DNA of 62,849 bases, counting the filler, from Octopus bimaculoides (Eukaryota), in NCBI RefSeq assembly GCF_001194135.2. It is 4 parts of 4 records of this genome, joined end to end, with 100 filler letters (N's around TTAATTAATTAA, not from the genome) between each part and the next. Parts side by side here need not be neighbours in the genome. Positions count along the whole stretch, not along the records: positions 15,379 to 38,771 come from NC_068983.1; positions 38,872 to 56,253 come from NC_068988.1; 2 more parts are not named here. The stretch is one strand, 5' to 3'. This document shows positions 38,562-50,030 of this stretch, piece by piece. The notes below the pieces were generated by a model that worked only from the letters and a program-made list of their open reading frames with translations, was not told the DNA's origin and did not search any database. The translations under genes were made by a program, and so were the position numbers. Within the stretch, counting starts at the first letter, position 1, and every line of letters begins with the position of its first letter.

Positions 38562-38767
38562 CTGGTTAGTTCAAATTAAGTTAGGAGAGAAATATGAGAA
38601 CCTAGGTAACTGGGTTCAATTCTTGTTGGTACAAAAATGTCTCACTATCTGAGCCCTTAAAAAAACGGCAAGAAACCCAGATAGTGGGACATTTTTGTAC
38701 CAACAAGAATTGAACCCAGTTACCTAGGTTCTCATATTTCTCTCCTAACTTAATTTGAACTAACCAG
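38562..38767. repeat. 90-bp inverted repeat (one mismatch, 26-bp spacer) ending next to a gap
   Basis: 38562-38651 is complementary to 38678-38767. Confidence 0.9.
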
Positions 38768-38978
38768 GTGTNNNNNNNNNNNNNNNNNNNNNNNNNNNNN
38801 NNNNNNNNNNNNNNNTTAATTAATTAANNNNNNNNNNNNNNNNNNNNNNNNNNNNNNNNNNNNNNNNNNNNTCCCCCTACCCCCTCCTCCTCCTCCTCAT
38901 CATCATCATCGCCGTCGTGGCCATCGTTGTTATCGTCATCATCGGCGTCGCCATCATCATCATCGACGTCGATGTTGC

Positions 38979-39009
<31 letters not shown>

Positions 39010-39355
39010 TTCAGTCGCAGTAGCCACAACAGTAATAGAAGTGGTAGTAGTGGTTGCTATCGTATATGAAATAATATTAACCGTCGCCTTTCGGTAAACG
39101 ACTGTCTCAAACAGGCGTATAATCAAACAACAAAGGATAGAACGAAAGACAAAGCGTACAGAGGAAGAGAATTATTAGAAAACCTCAAGTAGATGCATTC
39201 GTGCTTCCATTCTTTGATCTGCCAAGTCTTAGAAATAATCTGTAATTATTCTAAGACTTTCTCAAACACAATCAAAGTCATTTCATGGGAAATTAAAGTA
39301 TAAAATTATAGAGCATGTATAATAACATTTGTTGATATATAGATATGAATGTACG

Positions 39356-39477
<122 letters not shown>

Positions 39478-39726
39478 TAATATGTGTGTGTACATATATA
39501 ATATATCCACACACATTGACCTAGGTACTGACATACTTGCATTTCATCTAATGCATAATGATATAAACCCACATTCTCACTTATATTTAAGATTATCTAT
39601 GTATATATGAGTAGATATATAATTAGACATTTTCTGTAAGATATAATTTCAGCACAAGTTGTTTAAGACGTTTACATTGCATTTTACAGATATAGTTTTG
39701 GAGATCATACACACACACACACGCAC

Positions 39727-39761
<35 letters not shown>

Positions 39762-41164
39762 CGCACACACACACCCACACCCACACCCACACCCACACAC
39801 ACACGCGCACACACACACACACACATATATATATACGTATGAAAACTATTTACAATAGGAAAACAAAAGACCGACATAGCTGACTCAAAGACGCCGCTTC
39901 ATATCTTCTCATATTTGCTGTTTACTTCTGCAACAGTTTATAGCAGGTCTTAGCTGGACATTGCCAGTGTCCGTTTTAATAGCATCCAACAAACGTGTGC
40001 ATGGTTTGTTTATATATCGCCACAATACCCAAGGTGTTGATAGTTTACCAACTAAAGCTGGCGAGCTGGTACAATCGATAGCACGTCAGGCAAAATGCTT
40101 AGTGGTATGGATATTTAACCAGCTGAACACATACAGTTAATTATAAACCTACAAATGAATTATTGACTCAGTAAATGGTCTCTCTAACAGCTGGAAATAG
40201 CAGGGAATCTTGCATAAATCGCATCCTATTTTCTGGATATGTAATTACATATTGCATGTATATCTAGATATGCGATAGCTGTAAAAGAGGTGAAATGGTC
40301 ACTGTTGAACCTACGTCTGCTCGATCAAGCCAATCTCACTTACACAACAGCAACAATATCATGAATAAGAGCATCATCAAACAACAACAAAGTTAACATT
40401 ATTAACTACAACATCATCATCAATTAACATCAACAGCAACAACAGCAATCACAACGTAAATTGTTGATGAGCCAACATGGAAACCTCTGCTCAGTAGTTC
40501 AAGTATTATTAAAAGTATCAGTCAAATCTCTCAGAAATCGTAGATATTCTATATTAAAATATAAGGATAAGGTTGATTATATTATCAAATATATAGTATG
40601 CCCGAACAAAAAGACGGTATGGTGAAAGGTAGAGTATCTTTGGACATAGGTAAAACAAAACCCGGGCCAATTTGGAGCTAAGCAATTAATTAACGATAAA
40701 AATAATATTAATTAAATGTTGGTTTGAAAAAGCCTTTACAACAGAAAAAAAAAATCGTAGACCACTTTTCTGCAGTTTCGACTATCCCAAAGAATATTTT
40801 TAGCTCTGTATTTCATTTTCATTTTCATTTTATCTAGTTTCAGCTCACGAGCTGTGGCCATGCTGGGGCACTGCCATTGCATACTATTATTTATAGCTTT
40901 ATATGTGATTCGAGATCTATTGTTCACAAAAAAAAAAAATCACATTCTGTTGAAAGCTTATAAAATCCTTATATTTCATCTCCACTTGCTCCCAAAACCC
41001 TGTATTAATATTTCCCTCAGCTGTTCAATTTCAAAAACTACAATATTCACTGAATTCCTTGTTCTTATTTTTCCATGCAATCATTAATCTACGACAGTTT
41101 AATCTGGATATCAATTCAGAAGAACTGACATAATGTATTTATTTTGTAATGCATAGATACTTAC

Positions 41165-41288
41165 TCTTGCAATACTTTGTCGACTGCCCATTGGGTCCCG
41201 TTTATGTCGATCAAGTGGACCGTACATGATGTCTTCCCATCGAACGCGCCAGTTTTTTTCATCAAGCTCCGCTTCAAGACTAATTCGT
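41165..41288 (-). CDS. Internal coding exon (124 bp, phase 2 to phase 0) of a receptor guanylyl cyclase, natriuretic-peptide-receptor-like: juxtamembrane start of the kinase-homology domain
   Basis: Acceptor ttttgctgttttctgtAG, branch-like TACTGAT, donor GTAAGT. Peptide RISLEAELDEKNWRVRWEDIMYGPLDRHKRDPMGSRQSIAR matches the LExEL...WR(I/V)RWE(D/E)...GSR juxtamembrane segment of NPR1/NPR2-type cyclases, with similar exon boundaries. Confidence 0.88.
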
Positions 41289-41582
41289 CTACAGAAAACA
41301 GCAAAAACAAAATTATCAGTAAGCATTTACTTTTCCTGCAGGAGACAAAAATAGTAAAATATGATAAACATAAATACATGTGGTGTTATTGCACAGAACA
41401 TAAATAAATACATAGAACACAAAACCACCTAAAACACTGTCCAATAATATGCAAACAGTAAATAAGAAAACGAAGCAAAAAATCCAGAAAATGTTTATGC
41501 ACCACGTGCTGTTTTTGGCGCAAAACAAAACCAGTTGCACAGTCAGAGATTAACATGAACAGTCACGGATTTAAACTGGTAG

Positions 41583-41638
41583 TCCACACTGACGAGGCTC
41601 AGAATTAAATACCCAAAAGCCGAAACCTGGTTTGTGGA
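41583..41638 (+). ncRNA. Minimal type I hammerhead ribozyme
   Basis: Stem I UCCACA/UGUGGA (6 bp), core CUGACGA, stem II GGCU/AGCC, GAAAC, stem III AC-CUG-GU, predicted cleavage after GUU at 41632. Confidence 0.8.
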
Positions 41639-44600
41639 TATCCCTAATTGCATAATATTTTTATTTGTGCTGTTAAATGTTTTAAGTCTTTCTGTTTTCC
41701 TCGCATACTGTTTTACTCTGTTATATCGGTGCGCTACGGTGGATTAATTTAAGACTTAGCTCTTATTTCTAGTAGGTAGATGCTTATTAAGTATCATTAC
41801 GCTTCGTGCAAATTTATAATTCATAGCTGTTTAAAGCTATTATAACTGCGTTCCACCCATGCCACTACTGGTGATATCATCAAATTTAGAATTTATCCAC
41901 AGATGATATGAACAGTAGTGACATCTAACTTCAAATCTCAGTGTTTGAATGTTTCATTTATATATATATATATNNNNNNNNNNNNNNNNNNNNNNNNNNN
42001 NNNNNNNNNNNNNNNNNNNNNNNNNNNNNNNNNNNNNNNNNNNNNNNNNNNNNNNNNNNNNNNNNNNNNNNNNNNNNNNNNNNNNATATATATAATTTCT
42101 GCTCATTTTCATTAACTATTATCTCTTAATTAATGTTTCAAGTTATTTAGTTTCATTCTATGTTTGAAGATTTGGGCTTAAGCTTGAAATTAATATAATG
42201 GAAGGCAGACAATTTCTACAATTAAAAAATCTATGTTTATGATTAAATAAGCAGAAGATGACTATCTGAATAATTAAACTTGCATACCAAAAAAAGAAAA
42301 AGACACGTATGAAAAATCTATGCAATCAAAAACTTGTATCTAGTTGTGAATCGTGTCATAGAAGGGATTAATAAATGAAACTAACATCATAATGGAGACT
42401 CTAATGGTTCGGTTCATTATCCTTCAGCTCAGAATGAGGTAAAGGGAGAGTTGATATAGTATCACTGCATGTCCAAAGCGTGATGTTGTTGGAGTGGCGT
42501 GGGGTTGAGGGTAGAAAGTCTGGGACAGAAATTGTGTGAGAGAGAAAACTGTGGAGTACGAAGTGGAGGATGAGGTTGAACATAGAGATTGGAGAAAGAG
42601 AGATTGGAGAGAGAGGGGTTGTGGAAATAATAGCTAACACTTCAGGCTAGGCAAAAGATCTCCAAATAAGGACAGAGATAAGGATAGATGGAGAGAGAGA
42701 GAAAGAGGAGGGAGAGAGAGACAAAGAGAGAAGGAGAAAGAGCAACGTATTTCAGTAAAAAATGCTTCTATAGAATACTCATAATTTAGAATGACGAAAC
42801 TATTTAACTAGGGAGTCTGCTAGGGAAGTCGGAATCATAGGAAGATGAGGCCTATGTCCATGGCTTGCGTGGCTGAGAGAGATTCGTCTTTCCTCGGGTC
42901 TGCATGGCTTGATGAATACAGGAGAGAATCATAGATCAAGGATTGGTCAGTAGAGTCTCCAGATATATTTAAGTGACAGGCTACGGTACTAAGGACATTG
43001 TTTTGGACGTGCAAAAAAAGATTCACTCGATTGGACATCCAGACAGCGATGCATCCTTTCTATGTAAAGCCATCGTTAGAATTGCTTCTTATGCATTGTA
43101 TTAGGTTAAAAGTGGTGCAGTGTAAATTTGATGTTTTTGAAACAGCTTCAATACGTTACGAATGAGAATTTGGCAAGCTGCTGTATCAAGAAAATGAATG
43201 CTATCAAATGTTTAATGTTTGATGTGGTTTCCAGCAGATTCTGACAAGGACATTTTTTCCCTCGTGGATTAATAAATACTTCATAGTTAGATCGTCATAC
43301 ATTATACAAATACAATGCAAATGCCGCTAGGATCCATACAACAGGGCAGCACTGTAAAACATAATCGGCTCGGGCAATGCATCATTTTCAATAGACCAGT
43401 TCAATCAGAGATTAATTAAAAACAGAAGGGATGTAGTTCTCTGGTTCTATGCATTCATTTGGAGGAGAATTAATTGGTAACAATTGTTCATTCAAAGATG
43501 TTCACCAAGAGACGAAAAGAAACAAAAAGGACACAATTTTATTTTAGTTTATTTTCTTCACGAATTTATGATTTTAGTTCGTAAATGAAAAGAAAATTAA
43601 TTATTTCAGAAGAATGTAGCGATCTACAAATCTCTTTCCTCTCAATAATCTTATCTGAACTAAACAGAAAACCACTAGAGTTACAAAATATCAAAATTTC
43701 TATGGTCTCTACATCACAAGACGTAAACCAGGAAATACAAAAAATGCTTTACCGAATCAATACACTAGTAATTGATTTTGTTATCCAAAGAAAACTTATA
43801 TATCACCATCAAAGTGGGAACACATGACAAAAATTGCAAACGTCTTGTTTTTGACTTTCTTTCATCGTTGTATTATCAAAGTACCGATTACGATGGGAAG
43901 GTCGGGTACACTGCATTGTTTATGACACCCTGGTAAATTAGATTTAAGTTTCGATTCTCGTCTATAACAGATCCATATGATTTTTTTTTATATAATTAAT
44001 ATTATTTCGGAAATGCTTGATTGGTAAACATATTCTATGTTTTCCTTTGATTTATAACCTCAATTAAGAAGACAAATCGTTTGACGGGTAACTTTTCGCA
44101 TTAATGTAGCTTTGTTTTTTTCTGAGGTAAAATTCCATAAAATCGAGCAATAGAAAAAAAAAAAAACGTTGGTATTGATGTTTTAGATTTTTTTTAAAGA
44201 AAAAATAATTCTATGAAAGATCTATGAAGGGCTGTACAAAGGTAAATGTAAAGTCAGTGCAATTGCCGTTGAATAATTGCTGCAGAGTAACAAAGTTTTA
44301 CAAGCAGAAAACAAACGTTTCTTTTTATTTAAAAGATTAATTCGAAATGCATCAGAAACGAACATACGCACAAGCGCATTTTATGTATAGTTATAAACAT
44401 TGAGATATCAATAAATATATTTGAGTGCAAATCTTGAGAAGCGTAAAGCTTCACAGCCTGTCGAAGGCAGCTATCGATGAAACCTCGAAGTCACAGTCAA
44501 CCATTCATTTGTAGATGTCTCTCTCTCCATCTGTCTATTTACCTGCACGTATGTCTGTGTATTTCTGAGTGTGACTGTAATCATATATATATATACATTC

Positions 44601-44641
44601 ACACACACAATTTATATATATATATATTTATATAAGGGGCA

Positions 44642-44741
44642 TTACTACAGAATAATGCCACACACTAGACTTCCCAAAATAAACACATTTAGTACTGTGT
44701 TTATTTTGGGAAGTCTAGTGTGTGGCATTATTCTGTAGTAA
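44642..44741. repeat. Perfect 46-bp inverted repeat (8-nt loop) running into a gap
   Basis: 44642-44687 is the exact reverse complement of 44696-44741. Confidence 0.9.
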
Positions 44742-45439
44742 NNNNNNNNNNNNNNNNNNNNNNNNNNNNNNNNNNNNNNNNNNNNNNNNNNNNNNNNNNN
44801 NNNNNNNNNNNNNNNNNNNNNNNNNNNNNNNNNNNNNNNNNNNNNNNNNNNNNNNNNNNNNNNNNNNNNNNNNNNNNNNNNNNNNNNNNNNNNNNNNNNN
44901 NNNNNNNNNNNNNNNNNNNNNNNNNNNNNNNNNNNNNNNNNNNNNNNNNNNNNNNNNNNNNNNNNNNNATATATATATATATATATATATATTAATATAT
45001 ATATATATATACATAGATTTTATGTGTCAATGTTTATATAGGCACCTATAAACAATTAACGAAAGTATAATATGGTACAAGCTACAAGGTTAAACTCATT
45101 TACGAGTGACATATCATCCATCATATACGTACACATGTGTCCAATTTTACTCGGTGATTTATTTTGTACCCTAGATACTAGTGTATTGCCTCGAATTATA
45201 TTTAATTACTTTATAATTACTCGCTGTACCACTTTGGTAAGTCACACACTCATACAGTAATTACGATTATTTCCGATGTCTCCTGCCATCCATCCATCCA
45301 TGCATCCATCCGTCCTTTCACCCGTCCGTCCGTTTGTCTATCTATCTATGTATCTATCTATCTATCCTACATATATTTCTATATGTATACATACACATAT
45401 ACATACATACACCTATATGTATACACACATTTATATATA

Positions 45440-45465
45440 TCTATATATATAAAAATGAGAATATG

Positions 45466-45504
<39 letters not shown>

Positions 45505-46782
45505 GTGAATCCCTAAAACTCGAGAACTACGCAACCAATTTCATTCAAATTTTACACATGCCTTACTTAGGGTTCCAGTTGTGTTTTAGTCAAAAAAAGT
45601 TATTAACTTCTTGCAGAGTTCGAGCACACGGCAACATAATATCTCCTCCACTATTTAAGTATTACGTGTCAAAAGTGAAACAAAAACACTCATGTCAAAT
45701 ACTTTCCCTTTAAAAATGAAACTATTCCACTAACTGAAACAATCACATTTCGATACTGTAGTGACAGATACTTTCACAGAGAGAGAAAGAGAGAAAGAGA
45801 NNNNNNNNNNNNNNNNNNNNNNNNNNNNNNNNNNNNNNNNNNNNNNNNNNNNNNNNNNNNNNNNNNNNNNNNNNNNNNNNNNNNNNNNNNNNNNNNNNNN
45901 NNNNNNNNNNNNNNNNNNNNNNNNNNNNNNNNNNNNNNNNNNNNNNNNNNNNNNNNNNNNNNNNNNNNNNNNNNNNNNNNNNNNNNNNNNNNNNNNNNNN
46001 NNNNNNNNNNNNNNNNNNNNNNNNNNNNNNNNNNNNNNNNNNNNNNNNNNNNNNNNNNNNNNNNNNNNNNNNNNNNNNNNNNNNNNNNNNNNNNNNNNNN
46101 NNNNNNNNNNNNNNNNNNNNNNNNNNNNNNNNNNNNNNNNNNNNNNNNNNNNNNNNNNNNNNNNNNNNNNNNNNNNNNNNNNNNNNNNNNNNNNNNNNNN
46201 NNNNNNNNNNNNNNNNNNNNNNNNNNNNNNNNNNNNNNNNNNNNNNNNNNNNNNNNNNNNNNNNNNNNNNNNNNNNNNNNNNNNNNNNNNNNNNNNNNNN
46301 NNNNNNNNNNNNNNNNNNNNNNNNNNNNNNNNNNNNNNNNNNNNNNNNNNNNNNNNNNNNNNNNNNNNNNNNNNNNNNNNNNNNNNNNNNNNNNNNNNNN
46401 NNNNNNNNNNNNNNNNNNNNNNNNNNNNNNGCTGGTCTTCTCTTGGAAGAGCCCTGCTTCTCACATGGACAACTGTATGTTGGCTGCTCAAGAGTGGGCA
46501 GCAACAAAAAACCTATTTGTATATGCTCCACAAGGGAAAACAAAGAACATAGTTTACAATGAGGTGTTATAATCACAACAGCAAGAAAGTATGTACATGA
46601 TCACCTTCTTTTACGAAACTTCATTGACTTTCATATATTTATATTGATATACATATATATACGTGTGTTTGGGTGCATGTGTGTATATACATCTCTCTAT
46701 ATAAAGATGATGCGTAGTCTAGACGGCGTTTTTAGATTTCATTATTCTCTTTAACCCGGGCAACGCCGGGTATTTCTGCTAG
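45440..46782 (+). mobile_element. Helitron deletion derivative carrying the last about 45 codons of the Rep/PIF1 helicase (internal gap)
   Basis: 5' end A|TCTATATATATAAAAATG. 46431-46572 translates to GLLLEEPCFSHGQLYVGCSRVG/NLFVYAPQGKTKNIVYNEVL* (one frameshift). 3' hairpin CCCGGGCAACGCCGGG followed by CTAG|T. Confidence 0.88.
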
Positions 46783-46898
46783 TATATATATATATATATA
46801 TACATTTATAAGCATGTATAATGGTGATGTTTTGCTCGAAATTTCATATCCAGAACAAATGCTCTGGGTATTTGGTAGGATATGATCAAATACAGACA

Positions 46899-46951
<53 letters not shown>

Positions 46952-46961
46952 NNNNNNNNNN

Positions 46962-47000
<39 letters not shown>

Positions 47001-47317
47001 ACAAACACACAAACACACACACACACAAGCAATATTCTAAACCACGACAACTTTAATTATTCTCTGCAGACTGTAAGACGTTATATTACTTTGTTTATAG
47101 AAATTATAATGAGTAGTGTGGAGTATTTAACACACACAGATGCACTCACATATATATCTACCTTATGTTCTAGTATTTTTTTATGCATTCACAGCGCTTT
47201 AATTAGTTGTTGATCGTTAAATATTTCTATCTACGTGTTAATCATTTACTTAAATTTATCAATATACCACTTGATAAAAACCGAAAATTTTTAAACATGT
47301 ACAGATATTCTTTTCTA

Positions 47318-47735
47318 CTCTAGGCACAAGGCCCGAATTTTTTGGGGAGGGAGCCAGTCGATTAGATCGATCCTAGTAAGCATCAGGTACTTAATTTATT
47401 GACCCCAAAGGGAGGAAAGGCAGAGACAAACTTGGCTGAATTTGAACTCAGAACATAAAGACAGACGAAATACCGCTAAGCATTTTGCGTGCTAATGTTT
47501 CTTATTTCTTTATTGCCCACATGGGGCTTACCATAGCGGGGACAAACCAGGACAGACAAACGGATTAAGTTAATTACATCGACCCCATTGCGTAACTGGT
47601 ACTTAATTTATCGACCCCGAAAGGATGAAAAGCAAAGTCGACCTCGGCGGAATTTGAACTCAGAACGTAGCGGCAGACAAAATACTTCTAAGCATTTCAC
47701 CCGGCGTGGTAACGATTCTGCCAGCTCGCCGCCTT
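47318..47735 (-). mobile_element. Two adjacent family D SINE copies with different 3' ends (47318-47502; 47503-47735)
   Basis: The core GACCCC.AA.GGA.GAAA.GCA and GAACTCAGAAC each occur twice. Confidence 0.85.
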
Positions 47736-47954
47736 AAACATGCGCAGATATTACATATAAATCTGAAATATTTTAGAAAAACCTAATAGTAGATTAGCGT
47801 AGCTATATCAACAATTCTGTGAATTCTTAGCAATAGGAACACCAAATTCTACGACGGAGGCATAGCTAAAGATCCCATATTGTGGTATCTGTGGCAAGAG
47901 AGATGTAAATTTTGCCTATTTTGTCTTCATTTATTAAAAAAAAAAATATATTTG

Positions 47955-48290
47955 TTTCAGTCATTTGAATGTGGCCATGCTGGGGTACCACATTGAAGGG
48001 TTTTCAGTCGAAAAATCGACCCCAGAAATCATTTTTTAAGCTTAGTACTTATTCTATCACTCACTTTTGTAGTACCCCTAAGTTACAGGGACATAAGATC
48101 ACGAACACCGGTTGTCAGGTGGTGATAGGGGCTCACATACATACACACAGACACACATATCGATGTATACACACATATATAGGTTTCGGTCAGCCCGAGG
48201 CTATAGTAGAAGACACTTGGTCAATGTGCTACATAGTTGGACTGAACCCAGAACCATGTGGTTAGGAAGGAAGCTTCTTACCACCCAACC
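47955..48290 (-). mobile_element. SINE family C
   Basis: TTCAGTCATTTGAATGTGGCCATGCTGGG...GAACCCAGAACCATGTGGTTAGG. Confidence 0.82.
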
Positions 48291-48370
48291 ATGCTTTTGT
48301 TTCTCGCTCTCTCTCTTTCTCATTCTCTCTCTCTCTCACTCTCGCTCTCTCTCTCTCTCTCACACACTCC

Positions 48371-48450
<80 letters not shown>

Positions 48451-48592
48451 ATATATATATGTATATATATATATGTATGTATGTATATATATGTATGTAT
48501 ATATANNNNNNNNNNNNNNNNNNNNNNNNNNNNNNNNNNNNNNNNNNNNNNNNNNNNNNNNNNNNNNNNNNNNNNNNNNNNNNNNNNNNNNN

Positions 48593-48644
<52 letters not shown>

Positions 48645-49204
48645 TAATTACATGATTAAAACATTTTCTTGATGTCCCTTATTTTTTAGGTGAAATATTG
48701 AATGAGATGCCATTTATCGGATGAGTCACTTTATGAAATTTTTAAATGCAGAATTGCTGGTTTAATTTTTCTCACTGTGTTTTTGTCATGCTTATGTAGT
48801 TGAGTTGCGATCTAGATGCTCCAACCGTGACGAACCCTTTTTGTATTCAGCTGTAAAGCATCTGAAATCACATTTTCTTAAGTGTAATCCTATTCCTGTC
48901 AGTTACGGAGATGTGATCTTAATAAATATTTGACGACCACTCATAGCTGGTCCATTCGTCACATAGAGGTTTCATTGTTGATCTGAAAACAGAGTAAATT
49001 GTTTTATTTTGGTTAGGGAGTCCTAAAGCTTTCCAGGTACGATAATTTCATTTGTTTAGATGGGTAGTGGAACCCGGACTACATTATCAAAAAAACATGT
49101 TCATTTGTAAGACGGATTCCTTTGGGACTATTTCTGGCGGTTAGAGTTACCAAGTAGCAGCGTCTCCACTGGCTCACAATTAAACACTCAGTAATTAATC
49201 TATC

Positions 49205-49545
49205 ACTTGTTTCAGTCACTGGTCTGCGGCACGCTTGGGTAACACATTGGAGGGTTTTAAGCGAACTAGTCGGCCCCGGTACCTATCTTACCTCTCAGTT
49301 ACGGTGACTTAAACAAATCAACACCAGTTGTCAAGTAGTGGTGGGAACAAACACAAGTACAGTGACACACATATGAGGCGGGGCGGGGCGTTTTTCAGTT
49401 TCTATCTACCAAATTCACTTACGATTCCTTTGATCGGACCGGGCTTATAATATATGGCACTCGCCCAAAGAACCATGCAGTGAAAGTAAATCCGGGACCA
49501 TGTGGTTGGAAACAAACTTCTTACCACACAGCCACACCTGCATCT
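49205..49545 (-). mobile_element. SINE family C, diverged
   Basis: TTTCAGTCACTGGTCTGCGGC...GGACCATGTGGTTGGAAACAAACTTCTTACCACACAGCCACACCTGCATCTAT. Confidence 0.8.
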
Positions 49546-49690
49546 ATGATATATAATAAAATTTCAAAACTTATATCTACTTTCTTATTTTGCTAATATT
49601 CAGTGAAAAATGCCATACTAGGTATGATATCCTTCACAAATATAGTGGAACTGTTTTAACGGTACAGTTCTATATTTAAGAGATGAGGAA

Positions 49691-50030
49691 TTATTTACAT
49701 TATTTACATTATTTACATTTGACGGAGATTTGTCCTCATCTTGTTTGTTGTTAACACAACGTTTATGCCCACGGGCATATGGCGTATTGGTTGAGAGCGC
49801 GGGGCTACTAACCCCAGGATTCCGAGTTCGATTCACGGCAGCGACCTGATTAATAATAGTAACAATAATAATAATAATAATAATATAATAATAGTAACAT
49901 CGTTAGGAATGAGAACCCAGGTTCGAAATTTCCCCAAGACACCTGACGAAGGCTGGAGGGTATATCAGCCGAAACGTTGTGTTAACAACAAACAAGATGA
50001 GGACAACTATCCGTCAAATGTAAATAATGT
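49691..50030 (+). mobile_element. Composite SINE: tRNA-like head (49773-49849), (AAT)n, hammerhead-containing body and (AATGTAAAT)n tail, preceded by an inverted, internally deleted copy (49691-49770)
   Basis: Head GGGCATATGGCGTATTGGTTGAG has an A box, a GGG-CTACTAA-CCC anticodon arm and GAGTTCGATTC as B box. 49691-49764 is the reverse complement of the region from 49972 to the tail. Confidence 0.85.
49938..49983 (+). ncRNA. Minimal type I hammerhead ribozyme (extra A after A9; palindromic ACGU stem III)
   Basis: GACAC-CUGACGA-A-GGCUG(10 nt)CAGCC-GAAAC-GUU-GUGUU. Stem I has 5 bp and stem II has 5 bp. Confidence 0.78.

Noticed and set aside
38562-38767. 90-bp inverted repeat as a MITE or miRNA hairpin
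   Set aside because: It ends 4 bp before a gap and no TSD can be assessed, so a fold-back artefact cannot be excluded. Kept only as a repeat feature.
41289-41341. Upstream alternative acceptor (tttgtctcctgcAG)
   Set aside because: It would add 47 nt and shift the frame, and it lies upstream of the likely branch point.
42400-43050. ORFs 42401-42640 and 42835-43038 as host exons
   Set aside because: No guanylyl cyclase similarity or splice pattern. At most they are unclassifiable LINE endonuclease debris.
49773-49849. Possible tRNA genes in SINE heads (also 494-560 and 19719-19790)
   Set aside because: The acceptor stems do not close properly, and each head continues into a repeat body, with TSDs for family A.
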